From a virus (Duplodnaviria > Caudoviricetes), in the IMG/VR virus record IMGVR_UViG_3300020214_002251, positions 1 through 28,308 of that record: DNA of 28,308 bases. One strand, 5' to 3'. The notes beneath the pieces were generated by a model, which had not been told where the DNA came from, searched no databases, and was given only the letters and a program-made list of their open reading frames with translations. The stretch's first letter is position 1. Each line of letters opens with the position of its first letter. Positions 18,155-25,278 of the stretch are shown here, in pieces. The translations under genes and the position numbers were made by a program.

Positions 18155-19963
18155 ATGGCAGGCCTATCACATATTAAAGACTTATATCAAAAGAAAGGTA
18201 AAGACTTTATTTCCGAGCTTCTCAATAAGCATGTAATTGTTAATGAGAAAATGGATGGGGCTTTTTTTGGAGTTAGAAAGAACTGTGAAACTGGCCAGCC
18301 TGAATTTTATAAAAAAGGCGGCAAACTTTCGTTTGTAGATAGAGTACTAAGTCGTTATTACGAGCAAGCAATCCAACACTTTGAGAAATTGGGACAGATT
18401 GATTTGCCATGCGATCACTATTTTGGATTTGAGTATTTTGTCAATAAAAATTCACAAAAGGTTGAATATGACAGACTTCCACAAAATAATCTAATTCTCA
18501 GTTACATTAATATTCTTGGAGAAGACGGCGAACCTCAACAAACAATCCATGACGGAGAAACGCTAAATGATTGGGCTGATAAATTACAGGTTGAAAGACC
18601 GCCAATTGTATTCGAAGGTAAGCTTAGCGATGAGCAAAAGGTTGAGATTATGGACTTTATCTACACGCCAATAGATCAGCTGCTTGAGAAATTTAAGACG
18701 ACTTCATTTACCAAGCATATCCTTTCGGTGTTTAATCCTGAACTAACGGCCAGTTTCTTAAATGATGATATGGATAAAGCGATTGAGGGACTAGTTTTTA
18801 GATTCTATGAACCTGAATCCGGCGAAGATGATTCTGTCTTCTTGGCAAAACTAATTGATCCATGGTTTCAACAGGAAGCAATTGATCGTGCTGAAAATCA
18901 AAGAACTGAAGCTAAAAAAAGCGATGATTATATTTGGATTACAGTTACCGACTTAATGAATTATATTGAACGCTTTAATAATTCTGAGCTTCGGAGCTTG
19001 CCAATGGATGGAGAAACTATGGATGAGCGATACGTGTCGTTGATTAACTCAATCTATAAGGGCTTTGTTAAAGAGTTTGGAGATAAGTATGCGGAACTTG
19101 AAATCAAAATTCCAGAATATTTAAAAAGAGAGGAATTTAACGTTAACTTTGATTTAATTAATGATGCAGAAACAGTTGACTTAATTGAATCAAATCCGAA
19201 CTATAAGGAAATCTATCGAATTTTACTGAATGTCTTTAGAAAGAAAAACATTCGGATTGGCGCAAGCTTTTTTACACAACCGATGAAAAAAATTCTACAT
19301 TCGCAGATTAATAAAATAATGAATATTGTGAACGAATCTAAGCTATTTGAAAATTACTTTCCAACGTTCAGTGAATTTGTTGGAAACGCCGATGAACCTG
19401 GATATTTTGAATCATTTGCTGAAGTTCCTGCTAATAAGCGTAAGGTCAAGCAGGTAAATTTAATCTTATCTGACTTTCAGCCAATAACTAATTCTCACGA
19501 CCGAATCGTAGAAAAGCTTTGGCAAGAATCAAATATGCCAACATTGCTAATTGCAATTCATCCAGGAAATAAGAGTAAAAGATTTCAGATTTCTAATGAA
19601 ACGGTGACTGCTACTTTACGCAAATATTCAACCGCTAATCCAGAAAAGATCGCCGGCTTTTTTACAGTTAACGAAGCAGATATTGCTAAGATACTTGCAG
19701 TGATTAAACCAGATTTTGAACCAATATCAATAGTTGCAGAAAAAGGCAGGCTTGCGGATCTTGCTCTACAGCTGGAACATGCTAAAAAGAGATCAAGAGA
19801 CCTAAATCTTAAAAGAAACTTAAGCTTAGTTGAAATCCCATATTCGCCTACGGCTAACGAAGCTATTCAAGCAATAAAGGCACAAGACTTTGCAACATAC
19901 AAAGGTCTCGTGCCCCATTCAATTCATTCCGAATTTTTTACTTATAATCGCGACTTAAGTTAA
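18155..19963 (+). CDS. RNA-ligase-like covalent nucleotidyltransferase fused to degenerate HIGH-family domain
   Basis: Motif I NEKMDG, III FGFEY, IV IEGLVFR, V LAKLI; C-terminal VNLILSDFQPITNSH (cf. GRFQPxTxGH) and an IKAQDFATYKGLVP ending. Confidence 0.72.
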   Translation: MAGLSHIKDLYQKKGKDFISELLNKHVIVNEKMDGAFFGVRKNCETGQPEFYKKGGKLSFVDRVLSRYYEQAIQHFEKLGQIDLPCDHYFGFEYFVNKNSQKVEYDRLPQNNLILSYINILGEDGEPQQTIHDGETLNDWADKLQVERPPIVFEGKLSDEQKVEIMDFIYTPIDQLLEKFKTTSFTKHILSVFNPELTASFLNDDMDKAIEGLVFRFYEPESGEDDSVFLAKLIDPWFQQEAIDRAENQRTEAKKSDDYIWITVTDLMNYIERFNNSELRSLPMDGETMDERYVSLINSIYKGFVKEFGDKYAELEIKIPEYLKREEFNVNFDLINDAETVDLIESNPNYKEIYRILLNVFRKKNIRIGASFFTQPMKKILHSQINKIMNIVNESKLFENYFPTFSEFVGNADEPGYFESFAEVPANKRKVKQVNLILSDFQPITNSHDRIVEKLWQESNMPTLLIAIHPGNKSKRFQISNETVTATLRKYSTANPEKIAGFFTVNEADIAKILAVIKPDFEPISIVAEKGRLADLALQLEHAKKRSRDLNLKRNLSLVEIPYSPTANEAIQAIKAQDFATYKGLVPHSIHSEFFTYNRDLS

Positions 19964-21526
19964 AGTCGTAAAGTCTCCTTCGATAAAACAAATATGTTGG
20001 GCTTTGCCGTCATTGTGGATAATTACATGAGCCTGTAACCAACTGCTAGGGCCAACGTTATAATTGACTCTGAGTTTAGTGCTTGTGCCTACCGATAGAG
20101 CACCATCTTTTCTGCCTGGAGAATGACAATGGCCAATTACCATTTTTCTATTTAGCTTTCTAAACTGTAATAAAGAACCGCGTGAGCCATTTGATCCAAC
20201 ATCTCCATGTAAACCAAGTTCCCAATCATTAACTACAAACGAGTCGCTACGACCTAGTGTATTAAAGCTTGGAAATTTTTGCTTTATTAAATATGAGATA
20301 ATTCCATGTTGGGCTTCTCCTTTTAAAAGTATGGCAGAAAACTCCATGTATTCGATGGAATTACGCAGAGTAGAGGCTTTGCGCCAATCAGTATTCTTTA
20401 ACCATCGATCTAGAAAATCATCATGATTACTTCTAACAATCGTTACATTATAATCTTTAAAGTCTTCAAGGCCAACTAACATTGCGTCAATTTCATTACG
20501 TAATGAATTGCTGCCATCAATTTCACGTTGAAATTGGATAAATGGATCATTCATTTCATGGTGATTGATCGATAGGCCGTCGAATACATCATGCAGGACT
20601 ATATGATCCGGCTTTAGTTTATCAAATAATTTAACAGTTCGTTTGATTATTCGTGAATCGTGTTGACCATAGTGTAGATCTCCAAGGATAATTGCTGAAA
20701 TTGAGCTTTGTCTTTCAACATGACCTTTAGCTTCTTCTAAATTATAATTAACTCGATAATATAGATCAGAGAAATTTCCATCATCTTGGGCAGTGACTTG
20801 CCGTGCAAAGAATACTTCTTCATTCTTGATCTCAACGATCACAAAGCCTAACGTATGGTGAAACTCGCCCTTTTTACCAGCCTTTGAATCGGTGTAGTTA
20901 TTGACGGTACACGCACCAGTAGTTAGCATCATTTTTGGGATATTGCCCTCAAGCACAGGAATCGTTTCCAATTGTACTTTAGGAGAACCGAAAATGCACG
21001 AGTTTATTCCAGACATTCCCTGTAAACCTGTCATTGGATCAACTGCGGTCGGCTGAATTTTTATGTCTGACATGATCCACATGTACTTATGAAGTTCATG
21101 TCGGTTTGCATCCAAGTAATCTAGGATTCGATCAGACCAGGTTTCATACTTCTTATCAGTAAATATTGATGTTGGGTTTTTATATCGGCCAGCAATAACA
21201 TGAATACTTGCATTAACATGTTTGGCATAGGCTTCAATATTTGAAATAAATGCTTCGTGAACTGGCGTATCATTTTGAGCCCAAGTAATTATAAATCGTT
21301 TTTTCTTTGGATCAATAGATCGCTCTTTGGCTTTTATTAGTTGTGGAGACTCCTGATCAGGTTTCTCCTTGATTCCCAAATCGCTAAGCCATTTTTGGAC
21401 AGTTCTACTAGATTTATTAAAGTATTGCTTGAGTAAATCCATACGATTATCCCAAGTTAGGTCCTTGTTCCAATAAATTTCGGAGATTTTCTCTAAGTCC
21501 TCCGGCGTTATCTCTTCAAATTTCAC
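19955..21526 (-). CDS. A1: T5 A1-like calcineurin-family metallophosphoesterase/nuclease with N-terminal HTH-like segment
   Basis: RFIITWAQNDTPVH, IQPTAVDP, TTGACT..NY..SKAGKK..FHH, GDLH, HDVFD, SNHD, HGD.GSNGSRG, GHCH, YNVGPSSW are collinear with T5 A1 as recalled; GTG start. Confidence 0.82.
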   Translation of the reverse strand: MKFEEITPEDLEKISEIYWNKDLTWDNRMDLLKQYFNKSSRTVQKWLSDLGIKEKPDQESPQLIKAKERSIDPKKKRFIITWAQNDTPVHEAFISNIEAYAKHVNASIHVIAGRYKNPTSIFTDKKYETWSDRILDYLDANRHELHKYMWIMSDIKIQPTAVDPMTGLQGMSGINSCIFGSPKVQLETIPVLEGNIPKMMLTTGACTVNNYTDSKAGKKGEFHHTLGFVIVEIKNEEVFFARQVTAQDDGNFSDLYYRVNYNLEEAKGHVERQSSISAIILGDLHYGQHDSRIIKRTVKLFDKLKPDHIVLHDVFDGLSINHHEMNDPFIQFQREIDGSNSLRNEIDAMLVGLEDFKDYNVTIVRSNHDDFLDRWLKNTDWRKASTLRNSIEYMEFSAILLKGEAQHGIISYLIKQKFPSFNTLGRSDSFVVNDWELGLHGDVGSNGSRGSLLQFRKLNRKMVIGHCHSPGRKDGALSVGTSTKLRVNYNVGPSSWLQAHVIIHNDGKAQHICFIEGDFTTLT

Positions 21527-21547
21527 TAAGTTGTGATTTTTTCTAAG

Positions 21548-21574
21548 ATTATATTCACCAGAATCATTAAGTTT
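21548..21574 (-). promoter_or_regulatory. Putative early promoter AAAC-N17-TATAAT
   Basis: Reverse complement AAACttaatgattctggtgaaTATAAT upstream of the A1-like gene. Confidence 0.6.
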
Positions 21575-21653
21575 TAGTAATCAGTTTAATATATGCTACC
21601 GTTGTCGCATATACCTAATAATATTATACTAAGCCAATATACTACGGATTTTG

Positions 21654-21684
21654 AAACTATGTACGGCTAGTTGTAGAATAAATA
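21654..21684 (+). promoter_or_regulatory. Tandem AAAC-N16-TAGAAT and late-type ATAAATA (21678-21684)
   Basis: Both motifs overlap just before ATG 21693, heading a tightly coupled ~4.8-kb operon. Confidence 0.5.
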
Positions 21685-21692
21685 ACTTTGGA

Positions 21693-21872
21693 ATGGAAAG
21701 CTCTCATAAAAATGCAAAGAATTATCGAAAAGGAACTGAACCTTTACAGAATGCAGTTCTGCAACACCCTAAAGGTAATAAGGAATACGATTACTTGAAG
21801 GGAAAGGTTGAAAGAAACTTTTGGGTGATCCCATTTAATGTATGGGCTAAAAAACAAAAATTAAAGAGATGA
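21693..21872 (+). CDS. Small basic hypothetical protein (59 aa)
   Basis: ATG 21693 downstream of the promoter is preferred over TTG 21651; ATGA-coupled to the next gene. Confidence 0.65.
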   Translation: MESSHKNAKNYRKGTEPLQNAVLQHPKGNKEYDYLKGKVERNFWVIPFNVWAKKQKLKR

Positions 21873-22279
21873 ACGTAGAAAACATTGAAATGGAGCAAGC
21901 CCCAGATGCAACTCCTGCTCAATTTATCTTGAGCCTATTACAAATTAGAGATCAAGCTCATATCATTCATTGGCAAACTGAGCTAGAGGCAGAACACCGT
22001 AACTTTGGAATGTTCTATGCTGAATTTTTAGTTTTAGTTGATGACCTAGTTGAAAGTATTCTAGGAAAGTACGGAAAGGAAGCGCTTTCGTTTGAGGAGG
22101 CCGCAATCGGCCTAGTTTCATATAATGGAAATTATGAATCATTTATGGAAATGATTGATGAGTCTGTTGCAATATTCTACTCAGTATTTGATCCTCAACA
22201 GGATTCAGAATTGTATAATGACTTGGATAATATCAAGACTCTTAAGAATAAACTAAATTATCTACTATCACAAGAATGA
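21869..22279 (+). CDS. Ferritin/Dps-like four-helix bundle protein (DUF5856-like)
   Basis: QAHIIHWQT...EH..FG.FY.....LVDDLVE..LGKYG and ELYN..D.I....NKL.YLL. Confidence 0.75.
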   Translation: MNVENIEMEQAPDATPAQFILSLLQIRDQAHIIHWQTELEAEHRNFGMFYAEFLVLVDDLVESILGKYGKEALSFEEAAIGLVSYNGNYESFMEMIDESVAIFYSVFDPQQDSELYNDLDNIKTLKNKLNYLLSQE

Positions 22280-23757
22280 TATTTAACGTAAAAAGACTTT
22301 CTATATTTGAAAGTCTGCTATTGGAAGCAGACATTATTAGAGTTGGCAGTGACATTAACAGCATTACTGGCGCATCTGATTCTGAAAAAAAGGACGCATT
22401 TGATAAGATCGATTTAATGCTTGACGATTTAATTGATAAAAATATTCAAGCCTATTTAGACAATCCTAATTTCATAAATGCATTTACTGCAGACGCGGTT
22501 ATTTCGACAATGTCTGAATATTTAGCGTACTCAAAAACTAGAATACAGGAAAATAAAAATAGAATAAATTCGCTGTTGACCGGTGGAGTTTTTGCTTCAG
22601 ACGAGGTTAGACAATTAAACGTTGGGACTGCTAAAATTCAAGAAAGAATTGAATTGCTTGATGAAATTTACAGAAAGGCAAAGATTGAAAAAGCAAATGA
22701 ATTAATTGCAACAATTAGCGAAATAAAACAGGATATTCGTAATTTTTATATGACACCGGTTCAGGTTAAGTCTGACGAAATTAAGCAGTCGTTAATTGTA
22801 ATAAGGTCAAATAGTCAGCCTATTGAAAAATACAAAGCCGCTGAGAAGGTATATGTTGACTTTGAAGAAATAGAGGAAATAACTAAAGAATATCCGCAAG
22901 AGATAATGACTGGCGTTAAACAGGCAAAACAGCAAGCAGAGGAATCAATTAAGTCTGAGTTAACTGAAGAAGAACTTGAAGAGATTCGTTACCGAAAAAT
23001 TAATAATATCTTTTTTACAAAGATCGTAAAGGACATACTTGAATTTGAACAGCTATATGCTCAAGAAGCTGAAATTAAAGAAACTGCCCGTTTGCTTAGA
23101 AATGTTAGAATTGCAAATAATGACAATTTAGATGCTGATTCAAAAGCATACTTAAGCACATGGGTTGATCAAATTGAAGCAACCCTATTACGCCGAGCAC
23201 AGGATAAATCACTGAGGCTTGAACTAAACAAGGGAATTCATTATGACTTTAATACTAAGTTACCGCTATTCAAAACAGTAATGTTGCCAGTGACTGGTAA
23301 GCAGATTGCGGATAACACATTTATTGCAAAAGCTAAAAAGAAATTCATTGAAATTTCCTCAATCATATTTGGTAATTCACAGCAACCGCAAAGTCAATTA
23401 AGCATCGCATTTCAAAATCTAGGTGCTTCTTTTTCTACAATCTATTCAGTTGCACTAAACCGAACTGCAAAAGCAATTGGAAAACTAGTTGGCGGTCGTA
23501 CAGGCGAAATAAAAGCAGATGCCGTTTCTAGAATGTTTATGCCGACTACTGAATATTTGGACAAAGTAGATAATGTTGCAGAAGAGGCAGTTGCGCCAGG
23601 CGTAGCAATGCAAGTACCTGCATCAATTGGTTCAATGGGACCGATTACTCCACCAACTCAAACAACATTGGGTTCAGGAGATAATTTTAATCCAAAGAAA
23701 AAGAAGAAGAGAATTATGGAATTCTCTGAATTTTTAAAAAATAAAAACAATTGGTAA
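22276..23757 (+). CDS. Large helical hypothetical protein, probable virion protein
   Basis: 493 aa; N-terminal RLSIFESLLLE and C-terminal GSMGPITPP...GSGD...KKKRIMEFSEFLK. Confidence 0.78.
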   Translation: MIFNVKRLSIFESLLLEADIIRVGSDINSITGASDSEKKDAFDKIDLMLDDLIDKNIQAYLDNPNFINAFTADAVISTMSEYLAYSKTRIQENKNRINSLLTGGVFASDEVRQLNVGTAKIQERIELLDEIYRKAKIEKANELIATISEIKQDIRNFYMTPVQVKSDEIKQSLIVIRSNSQPIEKYKAAEKVYVDFEEIEEITKEYPQEIMTGVKQAKQQAEESIKSELTEEELEEIRYRKINNIFFTKIVKDILEFEQLYAQEAEIKETARLLRNVRIANNDNLDADSKAYLSTWVDQIEATLLRRAQDKSLRLELNKGIHYDFNTKLPLFKTVMLPVTGKQIADNTFIAKAKKKFIEISSIIFGNSQQPQSQLSIAFQNLGASFSTIYSVALNRTAKAIGKLVGGRTGEIKADAVSRMFMPTTEYLDKVDNVAEEAVAPGVAMQVPASIGSMGPITPPTQTTLGSGDNFNPKKKKKRIMEFSEFLKNKNNW

Positions 23758-24149
23758 TGAACCTACTTAAAAAGTTTGATCAGTTCATTGATGAGAATTC
23801 TGATAATATTGATCGCGATGCTCAACACCAAACTGAAAACTATATGTTCTTTGGTAATCTGGAAACAATTAAGAGACTTTGTGAAACTTTACTTGAAATG
23901 GATCAGGTCGAGGTTGATAATATCTTAAAAAGCGGCCACAGTTGGGCAGTAGACCATATTGCTACATCAAAGGACGATATTGAAGAAGTATTTAACTTTG
24001 TTAAGAACGAAATTGACGAACCAACTGAAGACAAAAGTGACAACGTTCGATATAAAATGCCAGAGTATTCAGAGAAAGAACTTGATCAAATGGCAAAGGA
24101 TCAAATGAAACATGATGAAATGACGCTTAGAAGAGAACACGGCATTTAA
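23757..24149 (+). CDS. Hypothetical protein
   Basis: TAATG overlap start; MNLLKKFDQFIDE; conserved-looking ENYMFFGNL...GHSWAVDHIATSKDDIEEVFNF. Confidence 0.78.
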   Translation: MNLLKKFDQFIDENSDNIDRDAQHQTENYMFFGNLETIKRLCETLLEMDQVEVDNILKSGHSWAVDHIATSKDDIEEVFNFVKNEIDEPTEDKSDNVRYKMPEYSEKELDQMAKDQMKHDEMTLRREHGI

Positions 24150-24165
24150 AATCAAGCAGATTCAC

Positions 24166-24756
24166 TTGAGATACGTTCAACTATACGAGACTTGGTCTAA
24201 TCATAATCAATCTTTATTGATCTCTGAGAGTCTTAGATATCATCTGGATAAGGATCTGTGTATAGCCGAATCAGCATATAGGCCTGGAAGTGAAGCTCAT
24301 ATTGAACTACTTAAAGAGGCTAGACAATTATGGACCGCGGGTTCGATCCAAATAGACGAGGTCACAGAAGAACTGTTTGAAACGTCTGACTTAGGAAAAA
24401 CCGGAGTCTATATGGATCAAGTAGTTGCATTGGATTTGCCGATCGAAGAATTCGAAACGAATGAAGCTCAGTATAAAGGTAAAGAAGTTAAACTAGGATA
24501 TCCGAGTCGTGGCGGTGTCAAGAAATATCATGTATACGTTATGAATCCAAAAACGAAAAAGGTTGTTAATCTTGCATTCGGCGACGTGCACGGAGGCCTT
24601 ACAGCAAAAGTTAGCGATCCAAAGGCTAGAAGATCGTTTGCGGCTAGACATCGATGTCATCTAAAAAATGACAAGACTAAACCTGGTTATTGGGCTTGCC
24701 GAATTAACCGGTATGCTCATCTTTGGGGAGGAAAAACTTATCCTGGATTTTGGTAA
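24166..24756 (+). CDS. Hypothetical protein with C-terminal DUF6321-like basic domain
   Basis: TTG start; NEAQYKGKEVKLG.P...KKYHVYV.NP...FG...ARRSFAARHRC...YWAC. Confidence 0.7.
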   Translation: MRYVQLYETWSNHNQSLLISESLRYHLDKDLCIAESAYRPGSEAHIELLKEARQLWTAGSIQIDEVTEELFETSDLGKTGVYMDQVVALDLPIEEFETNEAQYKGKEVKLGYPSRGGVKKYHVYVMNPKTKKVVNLAFGDVHGGLTAKVSDPKARRSFAARHRCHLKNDKTKPGYWACRINRYAHLWGGKTYPGFW

Positions 24757-25019
24757 TGACACCATATACTGATCTTGAAGTAACTGACTCTTGGATAATT
24801 AGAGAATTTACGGAAAACATTGATCCAATTGAATTAATGTGGCATCGAGATGATGAGAATAGAATAGTAGAAGCCGTTGCTGAAACAGATTGGATGATTC
24901 AATTGGACAATATGCTCCCTATAAATATAACTGAGAGGATTGAAATTCCCAAGCATGCATGGCATCGCTTAATCAAAGGAACTGGCAATCTAATCGTGAA
25001 AATTCATAAAAACTCATAA
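24756..25019 (+). CDS. Small cupin (RmlC-like) protein
   Basis: TAATG start; WHRDDE and IPKHAWHRLIKG cupin metal-binding motifs. Confidence 0.72.
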   Translation: MTPYTDLEVTDSWIIREFTENIDPIELMWHRDDENRIVEAVAETDWMIQLDNMLPINITERIEIPKHAWHRLIKGTGNLIVKIHKNS

Positions 25020-25023
25020 CCTC

Positions 25024-25278
25024 ATGAAACTCTACAGATTTTCGCAGTACATCACTGAAGCTAAGAAGACAAAACCTGAAATGGACCTAGTTGGCCAAGA
25101 GGATGTAGATGCCAACAGTGACAAAAAGGTTAATAAGACCGATACTTATTTTAAAAAACGTCGTGATGCTAGAGCTGAAGCAATTGAAGCTAGACTAAAG
25201 ATTAAAAAGTTTAGAGATCAATTAGAACCAGAAGAAGCACCAAAGAAAAAAGGTCGAAAAAAGGCTAAAAAGAAATGA
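25024..25278 (+). CDS. Small basic protein with EF-hand-like loop
   Basis: MKLYRFSQYITE; DANSDKKVNKTD loop followed by YFKKRR; Lys-rich tail. Confidence 0.7.
   Translation: MKLYRFSQYITEAKKTKPEMDLVGQEDVDANSDKKVNKTDTYFKKRRDARAEAIEARLKIKKFRDQLEPEEAPKKKGRKKAKKK

Noticed and set aside
19951-19968. CGACTT/AAGTCG inverted repeat at the convergent gene overlap as a bidirectional terminator
   Set aside because: Only a 6-bp stem with no U-tract on either strand.
13249-24723. Upstream TTG starts at 13249, 13683, 21651, 23751, 24723
   Set aside because: In-frame ATGs at 13285, 13692, 21693, 23757 and 24756 give stop-start coupling or lie downstream of the promoter motif.
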